A stretch of DNA of 64,000 nucleotides, from positions 19,560 through 83,559 of the forward strand of contig QPMI01000631.1 of the NCBI GenBank assembly GCA_004431415.1, read 5' to 3'. Source of the stretch: Cyanophora paradoxa CCMP329. Its lineage: Eukaryota; Plantae; Glaucophyta. Below are positions 48,949 through 59,939 of this stretch, piece after piece (position 1 is the first letter of the stretch; the number at the start of each line of letters is the position of its first letter). A program made the translations under genes and the position numbers. The notes beneath the pieces were generated by a model that saw only the letters and a program-made list of their open reading frames with translations, had not been told where the DNA came from and searched no databases.

Positions 48949-49628
48949 TTATCCGTGAAAGAGGGTGATGTCGCCACCGATGTTCATGACGCGGGCCCCA
49001 GGCACAGAGTCAGCGTCGGTGCCGTACGCGTAGGAAATCGAGCACTCACGCAGCTCCGCGCAGAGGCTGGCGCCCGTGCTGAAGTGGGGCTGGTCGGCGG
49101 CGTAGGAGAGGGGGAAGACCTGGAACCTGAAAAAGGTGAAGGGGAAGCGGGGTAGAGTCGAGCCGCGTGGGTTGCCGCCCGTGTAGAGGGCCCCAGGGTC
49201 GCGGGACTTGGATTGAATTTCGTGAAGAGCACGTCGCCCTTGAGCGTACCCCTCATCTGGTAAGTTCCCGTACCCGGAAGATTCGAAGAACTGGGGTACC
49301 GGTTCACGGTGGGGCCGTACCCCGTCTCCCTGAACTTGACCTCGAGACAGCGCAAGACGTTGGCAGTGGCCGTGGCAGGTGCCACCTTTTTCACGAGTCC
49401 TGATTCGTGCAGCAGCTCGATAACCTCTGCGCTGAGGCTCAGAGGGTCGAAGAAGAGCTGGTAGGAATAAATCTTGGGCGTGGCGTAGGCGTTCTGAACG
49501 ACCTGAATCACGACGGGATTCTGCAGAAAGACGTCGACGTAACTGCCGGAGGGTATGCGTGCGAAATCCTTGGTGTTGTTGCCAACGTCAAGTGAGCCGC
49601 TGAGGGTCTGGTACCAGTTGGAAGTCAT
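48949..49628 (-). CDS. Beta-rich putative virion protein, paralog A (frameshifted)
   Basis: VFLQNPVVIQV, SAEVIELLHESGLVKKVAP, LRCLEVKF, then in a shifted frame FTFFRFQVF...GASLCAELRECS. Confidence 0.6.
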
Positions 49629-49667
49629 TTACCCCGGGGCAGATATTTTTTCGGATCGTAGAGGAAA

Positions 49668-51802
49668 ATGCCCCGCTTCGTATTCGTGAAAAAGCAGGTG
49701 GTGCAGGCTCCGCAGTATGGCGTGGAGCCGATCTCGCTGACTGTGGGCAGGCCCCAGGTGCGATCGGGCTCCGTGCTCAACAACGGGAACAGTACGTACG
49801 GCTTTCAGCTGAACTGGGTCGCGGTCACCAACGCCGTCAAGTACAAGGTGTACAGGGCGACCAGCATCAACGGCCCCTGGGATCTCGTGGCCACGGTGAA
49901 TGCGCCAACCGTCACCTACACGGACTCTCCTTTAGTTTGGGGGCCCAGCGACTCTACCGCGTGGCGGCGGTTCGCGAACAGGGCAGCAGCAGCACGGGCT
50001 CTGATGGCAAAGCCCCGCCCACAACCTACGCACAGTCGCTTCTCTACACCCACGAGGGTGCCATGAGCAATTACATTCTCTTCCAAGGCATAGGCGGCTT
50101 CAGCCCGCAGATCGAAGCCTACACCACGCTCACGACCGCCACGGCCCAGACCTACGGCGATTTTATTGCCGGGGCGGCCCCGCGTCTTCGGGCTTCCCGA
50201 AACCCGCCATAGTCGTCACAATCAACTGGGTGGCCATGGAGGGCGCGGACTCGATTCGAATTTACAGGAACGGTACGCCAATCGGATTTGCGAGCAGTGC
50301 CCTGTCTACCTCGTACATTGACGATAGCACTGCTCTTACGTGGGGCACGGAATACTCTTACCAGGTGGCCGGCATCGTGGGCGGTGTCGAATACGACAAG
50401 TCCGATCCGCTCCTGGTCTGGACTATGCCAAACGCCCCCACGAACGTGACGGCATCAGCACCCAACGACCAGCAGCAGCCTGTCAGCCTCAGCTGGACTG
50501 CGTCCACGGGAGCGACGGGATACAAGATTTACAGAGACGGGGCCTACCTCACAGACTCCGCGACCAACTCCTACAGCGACACGACCACCGTCTGGGGTAC
50601 AGGGTACGAGTACCAGATCTCCGCGACGAACACGGGAGGGGAGGGGCCGAAGAGTATTGCGGCGTACGTCACCACGGACCCGGGGGCGCCCACTGGGCTC
50701 ACTGCAACCCCGCGGCGGGGCAGCACAGCCTGTTGTGCTCGAGTGGTCGGTGCCGGTGACGGGCGTCACCGTCTCCTACAACATCTACAGGGGTGGCGTG
50801 TTCCTTGCCAGCGACACGAGCAGCCCCTTTTCGGACACAACGACCGTTTACGGAACCACTTACACTTACACCATCAAGGGCGTCAACCAGATCGGCGAGG
50901 AAGGCCCTCAGTCCTCGTCTGCCAGTGCAACAACTGCAAACGCTCCTGTTTTGGGTACATTCTCCTACACCGGGGCCGACCAGACTTTCGTAGTACCAAC
51001 GGGGACTGTGGCTGTGCGTGTCATCGTATGGGCGGCCGGGGGTGGAGGCGGAGAACGCGCAGGTACGGGGGTCCGTGGAGGCGCGGGTGCTTGCGTAGTT
51101 GGTACATTGGCTGTGTCCTCGGGGAGACGCTCATCCTTGTTGTTGGATGCGGCGGCCCAAAGGGTGTATCGGGGACTGCCACTGCTACCGTCTACGGAGG
51201 TGGTGGAAGGGGCTGGAGCCATAGCGTCGATCCGGAGTACAAAAACGGCGCCGGTGGTGGTCGTTCTGCAATTCAGCGCGTTGCAGGGACCGACTTGGTT
51301 GTTGCAGGGCCGGAGGTGGGGGTACATGTGATTCGAATGGCGGCGGGGGAGTAGGCGGGGGTTGACCGGTGGTGCGGCTGGGTTGGTTGGAGTAACCGGA
51401 GAGATACCGGCTCAAGGAGGCACCCAAACCGCTGGCGGAGCCGGTGTTGTGGCCTCAGGGGCCAGGCCCAGCAACCCGGGAACTTTGCGCCAAGGTGGAG
51501 AGACTGGGCCTGATTCAAGCGGCTACAGGTTCGGTGGTGGTGGTGGTGGTGGTTACTTCGGTGGAGGCTCTGGGTCCAGCAGGAGCGGAGTGTCAGAGAA
51601 CCCAATAGCAAGAATGTTTGGAGGTGGCGGTGGCTCGAGCTACATAGGAAACTTGACGGATGCTACGGTGTATCCTGGGTCCGGCCAGGTGGCAGGAAAT
51701 AGCGGAGACGCTCACTACGCAGCAGGCATTGGTAGGGGCGGCAACGGTGGCTCGTCTTTCAGCGACGGTGGCAACGGTCGAATTGTGATACTCGCGGTGT
51801 AG
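49668..51802 (+). CDS. Fibronectin type III repeat protein with a C-terminal glycine-rich domain (fibre/spike-like), several frameshifts
   Basis: Four FN3-like units (LNWVAVTNAVKYKVYR, LSWTASTGATGYKIYRDG...YEYQISATNTGGEG), then FSYTGADQTFVVPTG...WAAGGGG and GGGGGGYFGGGSG...GGGGGSSY...GGNGRIVI. Confidence 0.8.
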
Positions 51803-51822
51803 TTATTCCTAGTTGTTCCAGA

Positions 51823-52881
51823 TCAGCTCGCCAGTGCCGCTACCTGGTCTTTGAGAGTTTGAACTTCTTGTGAAAGTTCCTGAATTGCCTTCAACGACAG
51901 GGAAATGAGCCTGTCGTAGTTTACCCCGAGAAATCCATCCGCGTTCTCGAAAACGAGACTCGGGAAGACGCCTTGGACTTCCTGTGCGATGAGACCGTAA
52001 TCCGTTTTCGAACCCCCGAGGATGTGTTCTTCCAGGTGAACGACACGGGATTCAGCTGCAGCAGAAGAGGGAGAATGCCCGACATGCTCGCGACATTTTC
52101 TTTCAGGCGGCTATCGCTCGACGAGTTTGTCAGGTATCCTTGAGCATCCGAATAAACGGCTCGGTTTCCATCGCCCGTGAGCGTCGAGACGATGAGCCGA
52201 CCCGTGATGCCAACGCCGACGGTTCCGCACAGCAGTCGTTCGGTGCCGTTGTTTCTCAAGGATAGACCAGAGCTGACGCTTCCGCTATCAACGATTGAAG
52301 TGTTTGCTATGCTTAGGCCATTAGTAGGGCCTTCGATTGCCGAGGTAAATAGAGTACCTGTAACACCAACGCCAAGAGTCCCACAGAGGAGTCTATCGTT
52401 TTCGTTGTACTTTATAGCTACGCCTGAACCACCGCCATTTATGTACGGTGACGTTCCGGTAATTTGCAGCTTATCGTCCAATGTAACGATGCCCGCCAAG
52501 TTTGAAGCCCCGCTCACCCTAAGCCCCCCACCACGTTTGCTCCGCCTCCTTGCACATACAGAGCCGCATTCCCCTCCCCGTTCACAGTCCCATTAAAGGT
52601 CACCTGATTCGTGGTGTACCCGCTCCCGTCCCAGGCCCCGTTCGTGACGGTGAGCCTCTGCGTCCTCACGCGCCCCGGCACGGCCGACCCGCCCTCCCGC
52701 GTGCGCATCTTGTCGCAGCGCAGCTCGCCGACGCGGACGAGGTCGGCCTCGGAAAAGGGACGGCCGTGGCGTTGTAGGGGGCCTCGGTGGCCTGGTTTCC
52801 GAGGGTGGTCTCCTTAATCGTGTGATCGCCCTTGTGATTCACGCTGGCAGCATAGGTAAATAGAGGGACAGCGACCGACAT
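51823..52881 (-). CDS. Fibre protein with C-terminal peptidase S74 intramolecular chaperone domain (frameshifted)
   Basis: SSSDSRLKENV...LLQLNPVSFTWK, then YGLIAQEVQGVFPSLV...GVNYDRLISLSLKAIQEL. Internal repeated (ND/TE)RLLCGT(L/V)GVG(V/I)TG shaft units. Confidence 0.85.
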
Positions 52882-52905
52882 TTTTGGATTGCATCAGAAA
52901 ATCGA

Positions 52906-55900
52906 TTACATAAGCAGCTTGCCGATCGCGGTCCAATGAATAAAAAGCTGGACAATTTGGGTGGGCGTGACCGTCATTCTGGGTTGGAATCTCACTTTAA
53001 CTGTAAAGCCAGTGTGACTCACCGCCGTGACGTTGGCCCCGTAGAAATCGACATCCGTGCTGCCGCCGGGATTGATGTCGAACGAGGGGGTTACGTTAAT
53101 AACCGGCGTTGGGTTTGCTTGGGTCCCCAGTCCGCCTCCAGTGTCGTACGCCTGTCCGAATGTAATGTTGAACGTCACCGTGTATGTTGAATTGATGTTA
53201 AACTCCGTGTACGCAGCGTAGGAGTGGAAGGACGTGCCGTGCGTTATGTACGCATCCATGTTCACGTTTCTGTGCCCGTGGCTGGTGAGCGAGTACTCTG
53301 TGTGACTGTGCGTAGAGGGTGGGAAGGAAGTGGGTCGGTCGATGACATTATCCCAGTACACATTGTGACTGTGTGTAGAGGGGGGAAGGTAAGTGGCTTG
53401 CCCGTTACGTTGTCCCAATCCACGGAGATGTTCGTCAAGTCCGGGGCCGTCCAGTCGCTGATCTGAGAGATGGTGTGCTGGTGGTCTGCGTGGGGATACG
53501 TACTCGGCTTCCCCGTGATGCTATCCCACGCCCACGTTGTTGGTATCACGGGTATCGTCGGCCTCCCGCTGAGATCTGCATACGCCCCGTGTGTGCCACC
53601 GTCGCCAGCTGCGGCACGGCAACGCCCACGGTGCTCACGGCCTGGCTCGCCCCCGGCGCCATGTGCCACTCGTAGTTCTGCGATGCAAACACGGGCTGGC
53701 CTGGCTCGGGCGCCCAGTACTCGATGCCTTTGGCGATCTTCTTGGTGTATGGTGCTGCAGGCCTGTCAACCAATTTATCGACGTAGGCCTTGGGTACCAG
53801 CCAGTTTGCCTTGGGGCTCTGCGAATTGATCCCGTTGTCTATGAAGGCCCGTAATTCCTGAAGGCCTCGGCCTCCCACCAATCCTGCATGCGGAAGGTCC
53901 CGGGAATCTCGAGGCGCGAGTTGGCGTCCGCCAGGCGGGCCACCTGCGCCCCTCCGTTCGACGAGACGCCCGAGTGACGGATGGCCGAGCCGAATTCGCG
54001 CCTTAGGGCTTCGATGTGATTGATCCTGTTGAGGCCCTCCTGGTAGACGGCAATTAAGACGCGCTTCCGCCCCTTGGTCTCCTCCTTTATCATCTGCTTC
54101 AGGTCGCGCATAAGTCGACTCAGGGCGAGCGAAGTCGACCGAAGCCCTCCTGCATTTTAACGGTGAGCTGGGAGAGGAAGAGCACGGTCGCGCGATCGAT
54201 TTCGAGCAGGGTCTTCTGGTCCTTGGGGGTACGGTAATCGTTGATGCTGTTGTCGAGCGCGCGAATGAAGGCCTGCAGCTCCTTCGGCTCCTTGATTTCG
54301 TTTAACCGCAGCTCCTGGGCCAAGAGCGAGGCCATTTCGCGCGCCTCCGAGGGGTCGTACACACCCAAAAATCCGGAGCCCAGCTCGCCTCCAGCCGATT
54401 AATTCGGTTGCGCAGCTGGCTCGCCTCGTCGCCCCACGTCTCGACGCCCCAGTCGTAGATCTGTTGCGAGAGCTCCGCGATGAACTGTATGGTGTCGGTC
54501 GCCCAGTCGACGGGGTACTTGAAAAAGTTCTTCACGATTTCTTCCGCGCTGCGCCCGTTGATGATATCCACGATCACCTGCGCGATGGCGCCCGCGAGGA
54601 TGGACAGGCCAAGTCCGCCCACCGTGCCGATCCTCATTTTCGTGAGGGCGCTCAGGGCGGACGACATGCCCGTCTGAAGGCCAAAAGAGCCGACCGTCAT
54701 GATCATCTGATCGCGGAACGTATCGAAGAACTCGGCCTCCCTATCTTGCCCTGCGAGAGCGCCTGGTAGGCCGAGAGCAGGCCGCCGGCCGTCGCCAGCC
54801 CAAGGCCCGCCGCCGCCGCGCCCGCCCGCCGCATGGCCCGCGAGCCCGTACCCCCGAGCCCGGCGCCCACCAAGTCGATGCCCGCCCCCTGAAATAAATC
54901 GGCTGCCCCGAAAGACATGCCGTCGTTGTTCGCCGTACCCGCCGCCGAGAAGAGCGTCTCGGCGCTGAGGGCCTCCTTGGCCACCCCGGGCCGCCTTGCC
55001 CTCGGCGCCCCAGGTACGCGTCGCGCTGCTCTTTGGTGGTGAATCGCTCGAGGTCGAAATCGGCGAGGGCGTCGGCGGTGGCGCGGTTCCAGTCGCCGTA
55101 GGGCATGAGGGCGTTGCGCAAAATAACGTCCGAGTCGCCCATCACGCGCCTGTCGAGCGTCTGAAACACGCCCTCGGAGGGCAGGCGGGCGGTGCCCGGG
55201 CGCATCTCCTCCACGGAAACGTCGTCCCTCTCCGCGAGTGTGATGTCGTCTGGGCTGGCCAAGCCGACGCCCGCGCCCTCATCGGCGTACGCCCTTCCCT
55301 TCGTTTTAATATTTGATTGGCCTCCCGTTTCAATGCTTGGTACTCTGTCTCTACCTTGGTCTTTCTTGCCTCTTCCTCTGCCGCCTTGCGCTCTGCGATC
55401 TTCCGCCTCTGCTCTTCTATCTCGGCGTTGCGTCTCGCCGCGTTCTCCTTCGCCTGCTGCTTCCGCTCTTCAATCACCCTGTTTGCGTACTCCTTGTCCG
55501 CTTGGGCCTTTCTGTAGCGCTCCTCGATCTGACTCTTGCCTCGTCTCCTCTCTTCCTTAGATCGCCCATGAATGCCGTCGTATCTATGTGAATCTTGTAT
55601 TTGGCGGGTGGGTGCTCACGTTTGAAGGCCTCCAGATCGCGCACCATGGCATCGTACTGCGCGAGCCCCTCCGCTGGAATGATGGCTCTTCGCATTTCCC
55701 AAAATTTGCTCAGCTTGCCCACGTAATCGACCATGGAGAGGTACGCGCTCTGTGCGCCCGCGCTCACCGTTTTCGGATTGGCTCGCAGCTCTGCCACAAA
55801 CTTTCCCTTTTGCATCCGGTACAGTGACCATTCGAGGGCTCCCGCCATAGGCTCACTTCCGTCCGCAGTTCGCGGTGCATCTCCTCCACGTCGCCGTATG

Positions 55901-58086
55901 CTATCCAGATGGCATCGCTGATGGGCCTCTGAACAGCCTGACGCTCAAAGTTTTTCCACTTCTCATCGGCCATCTTTCTCCTCAGTTCTTCGGCGTCTTT
56001 CTGACCCCTTCCCGTCAGCTGATCCATAACGTAGCTAAAGTCGCGCATGTTCTCTTCCATGGCGCGGACCCTGTCCCCCGATGCATTTCCTTCTTTCAGT
56101 TTTTTGAGCTCCGAGCGGTAAAAATCCATCTGCGCCCCCTGAACGTCTCCAGTCGTCGCTTACGCTCCGCTACCTTCGCTCCTCCAGCCGTGCAAATTCC
56201 TCGTCTGATGCAGTTTGCATTGCCTTCAGTCGTTCCTCTTCTGTCTTGGCAGCTGCCTCCTCGTCCGCCTGCGCCGCTGCTCTAACGCGTCGAAGAGGGC
56301 CCTCTGATCCTCGAGCGTGAGGCCAATGAGCTCTTCCACCTGGTCGCTCCTACCCAGCCGCGCGAAGGCAGCCTCTCGGCGGCCGGCCTCGGATCGGGCC
56401 TCGGCGTCGTCTGCGTCTCGGCCGTCCCATGGGCGAGCGAGCCTCTGCCGTGGCCGCGTACTTGAGCAGCCTCTGTGCCAGCTCGTCCGCGTTGGCCTTG
56501 AATTTTTCGACTGCTCGTCCGCGCGCTCGCGGCCTCCTTTAAATTTTTGATTTCCTCCCGGAGCCTGTTCGCCTCCTGCACCGCCCCGTTTGCAGCTCTC
56601 CTGCCTTTCTCCTCGTTTCCTCTTCCTCTTCCAGCAGCTGCCTTCTCGTCTCTGCCTCCTTTTCCAATTTCTTCTTCCTATCCTCGATCTCTTTCCTCTG
56701 CGCCTCAAGCAGCTCGGTGCCTGCGGTCAGCGCTTCAATTTCCTGCAGCTTTTTCGCCTTGGCGGCTTCCCTTTGCTCGTTTATCCTCTTCAGCTCCTCC
56801 TCGGCGTCGAGTATCATTTTCGTGCGCTCTTCCGCGACCTGGCGCTCTGCCGACCTTAGCGCGGTGAGGGCGCTCTCTTCCTGCCTTTGCGCGTCTGTCA
56901 TCAGCTTGTTCGCTTCCGCCTTCTTCTCCGCGACCTCTGTCATTTCCTTGTCTTTCAGCTCGCTCCATTGCTTCTTTTCGTTCTCGAGTTTGTAGTACTC
57001 GCGCTGCGCGTCCTCGGTATCGAATTTAATGGGGGTCTCGCGTTCAGCTCGTCGATTTGCCTCACGAACCCCTTCCGATCCTTGTAGTATTTGATGCCGC
57101 CTACGATGAGGGCGCCCCCGAAGATGGCCGTTGAAGTGGCGAGGCCTGCTACCTTATCCATGCCCTCCCCGCCTGAGCCGCCGCCACCCGAGCCGCTGCT
57201 GCCCCCGCCCCCGCCCACTGGCGTGCCGCTGGAGCCCCTCCGCCCCCGTGCCTGTACCCCCACCCCCGGTGCCTGTACCCCACCCCGGTGCCTGTACCCC
57301 CACCTCCCGTGCTTCCACCACCCGTACCCCCACCCGGAATCGCACCCGGCACCTTGGGCCCGCCGATGATGTCGTCGTACAGGTGGCGGTGCGCCCAGTC
57401 CGTGATGTCGGCCTTCACGTGCGGGTGCTTGACGAGGGCGTACCTCTCGTCGTGGAAGTGGTCCTTCAGCGCCCAGTTCTGCGTCTTCGCCAGTCCGAGC
57501 GATCGGGGAGCACGTCGGGCGCCGTTGGGATGCGGCCCCCGCCGTCGTCTCCGGCGTCTCGCCCGTCCTGTCGGCGCTCAGGGCGCGGATGTTGACCTTG
57601 AAGTGGTCGAACCACGCGAAAAACTCCTCCCTGTCGCGCCTGTACTGCTCGGGCTCCATGCTCGGCAGCGCCTGGCGCTCCAGTAGATGTGGCGCAGGGG
57701 CCCGCGATGCGCTCGAGTGCGTTGTACCCGGGCCTCACGTCTCCCTCTGCCCCCTTTAGAGTCAGTTTCACGAGGTTCAGGGTGGCATCCTTTGCGGTGA
57801 CCGAGTTTGCGATTTTCACGTCGGCCGCCCTCTTGATAATGTTCCAGTCCACGCCCGTCTCGGTCGTCACGCCCCAGAGCCCCTTGATAATTGCGGTGAG
57901 GTCACCGTAATCGTCCAAGGTACCGACGGACGTCAGGAAATCGCTGTAGGTCGCGCCCTTGCGCAGCCTTATCTCATCCGCGTAAATTCCCCTCACGCTC
58001 AGGCTCCCGTCTATCGCGAAGGCACCGTTCAGCACCTCGTCCGGATTCGGGATGGCCATGCGCCAGGGGTCGTCGAGCATCGACAT
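52906..58086 (-). CDS. Very large (about 1,700 aa if joined) coiled-coil plus phage-tail-fibre-like protein, broken into many frames
   Basis: Abutting same-strand coding fragments: Gly linker, long E/K/R coiled coil, hydrophobic Gly/Ala helices, WDSITGKPSTYP/WDNVTGKPLTFPPSTHSH repeats and a C-terminal TGFTV...IHWTAIG domain. It could instead be 2-3 genes. Confidence 0.6.
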
Positions 58087-58111
58087 TTTATCCGCGAGAG
58101 AGAAAAATTAA

Positions 58112-58582
58112 CTAATGCTCCGCGTCCCACGTCCACTTCAGCTTGCCGCTCACCTCGCCCGTTGTCCAGCGGCCCACGGGCACCTGCAGAAAACGTCGGC
58201 GTAGGGTAATCGGCCTGATAGTGATCTGCTCGTCACGCAGCCAGCGGTAGGCCTCGGAGGCGTCGCGAATCTTTGGCTCCCAGTATTCCCCACCCGTGCC
58301 GTTCGGCAGCGAGTACCCCTCCCTTGCTACCCGTACCCTGTAAAAGTGATCGCCCATTAGCGTGTCTACCCCCTGTACTCGAATTCTACGATTAAGGCCA
58401 AGTCCTGCCATGCGCTCTCACCGAGACGGATGTGACTGAGGCTGTGCAGCAGCCCGTATTTAATTGGACCAGAGGCGGTTACAAGATCGACTCTGTAAGT
58501 AAGGGCGAGGGGTAGCCAGGCACGCCCGTAAAGGTACGCGTCTTGACGCCCGAGCCTTTCGCGGGAATATGATCAGGCGCAT
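58112..58582 (-). CDS. Hypothetical viral protein (frameshifted)
   Basis: ORF 58112-58411 plus upstream coding sequence from TTAAATG at 58582, preceded by the ATTTTCG motif. Confidence 0.45.
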
Positions 58583-58615
58583 TTAAGGGGGCCTGCGAAA
58601 ATCTAGTCGGCCTAC

Positions 58616-59057
58616 TTAGCGTAGGCCCAGAGGCCGAAGTTCTTGACGATGAAGGCGTTGTTCTTCTTGGTGGCGCCCGTGATGTCGGTGAAGCGCACGC
58701 GCAGCTCCTGGAATTTGTCGTACGCGACGTAATTCGGGCGCACGGCCATGGGCACCTCGAACCAGTAAAGGATGGTGTTTTCCAGGCGTCGTGGCCCACG
58801 TCGGAATCACGACCTTGTTGATGCACGCGTTCACGTTCGAGATGGTCGTGACGTTCAAATCGGGCACGTCCATCAGCAGCACGTTTACGGTTTTCGCGGC
58901 GGTGGGGTCCGGAATCGCGGTCGTGTCCAGCTCCAGGTAGACTCCCTTGATCTGCAGCGTGTCGATGTCGGAGGGGATCTGGTTCAGCCTGAGGCGCCAG
59001 AAGCCTCGGAATCCTGCGTCTCTCGTTCGACTGGACGTAGAGGTTAACGCAGGACAT
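58616..59057 (-). CDS. Putative minor capsid/penton (single jelly-roll) protein, frameshifted
   Basis: Joined frames give IDTLQIKGVYLE...VLLMDVPDLNVTTISN...KVVIP...ILYWFEVP...FQELRVRFTDITG, resembling the penton pattern of Polinton-like and NCLDV viruses. Confidence 0.5.
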
Positions 59058-59060
59058 TAT

Positions 59061-59270
59061 TTAGGCCTTAGGAGGGGCTGAGAAATTAAGCCCGCTTCGG
59101 TCCATGTTCAGGAGGTGGGCCCACGAAGTAGTAGCCCGCGAATTGTGCGAGAGGATCCGCAGCAGGTAGTAGCGCGCGGGCGACATGTACGCAACGGCGC
59201 CGAGGGTCAGGAGGCTGCCCAGGTAGCGCGAATCGCTGAGGATGTTGTCGAGGCTCGGCAGGGACATCAT
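59061..59270 (-). CDS. Small hydrophobic viral protein
   Basis: 69-aa ORF with YLGSLLTLGAVAYM and the shared upstream motif. Confidence 0.45.
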   Translation of the reverse strand: MMSLPSLDNILSDSRYLGSLLTLGAVAYMSPARYYLLRILSHNSRATTSWAHLLNMDRSGLNFSAPPKA

Positions 59271-59298
59271 TCTCGGGTTTAAGGCCCCTTTCAGAAAT

Positions 59299-59653
59299 TT
59301 ACTTGGGCATGAAGAAATTCCTGACGCGCTCTCCCTCCTCGTGCAGCGCCCACTGCAGCCGGTCGATGACGGCGGCCATCACGGGCGGGCTCGCGGCGGG
59401 GTTTTTCGCGTACGCCCTGGCGTCCTCTGCATCTGGGGTGGTACTGCTCGACCCGCTTGGCGTAGCTCGCGATGGCGCGGCGGGTGCACCGATCCAGGTC
59501 AGCCGCCATTTCCGCCGGTGCCTTCGGCTGCTGCTGCTTCTTTCGCGCGTAAGTCCTAAGAAGCCAAGGGTAGGCCGTGGTGCTGCTGCTGGTGCTGGTG
59601 TTGGTGGACGATTGATCCTCGGCGCTGGGGGCTGGTGTCGCGGGAGTCTCCAT
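59299..59653 (-). CDS. Hypothetical viral protein (frameshifted)
   Basis: METPATPAP...AADLDRCTRRAIASY, then AVIDRLQWALHEEGERVRNFFMPK-stop; shared upstream motif. Confidence 0.45.
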
Positions 59654-59664
59654 TTCCCATGTTC

Positions 59665-59930
59665 TCTAGAAAAAAACGCGTACCGGTCTGCGTCATCTGA
59701 ATGTCCACGTGGTGCGGGCCTATGTTCTGGACGCTCTCGCGCCTCTGCTCGGGCGGGGGCTCGGGCTCGGGCTGCCCGCGGCGCACGACCCTAAGGGCCG
59801 CCGCCTTCAGGGCGCCCAGCACGGTGTTGGGGCGCACTCGCTCCGTGCCGCCCAGCAGCTCGGAAATCAGGAAGAGCGCGCCGCATACGACGGTGATGAC
59901 GTCCGAGTGGGTGCATTCCCCCTGGAACAT
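59665..59930 (-). CDS. Small viral membrane protein; end uncertain
   Basis: VITVVCGALFLISELLG...PNTVLGAL resembles small LxxSExL...N membrane proteins of viruses. Confidence 0.5.
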
Positions 59931-59939
59931 CTTGCGGGC

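Noticed and set aside
49668-58086. Bacteriophage prophage or bacterial contamination
   Set aside because: Fibre domains are phage-like, but linked VLTF3, AAAATG start contexts without consistent Shine-Dalgarno sites, and the absence of terminase or portal genes favour a eukaryotic virus.
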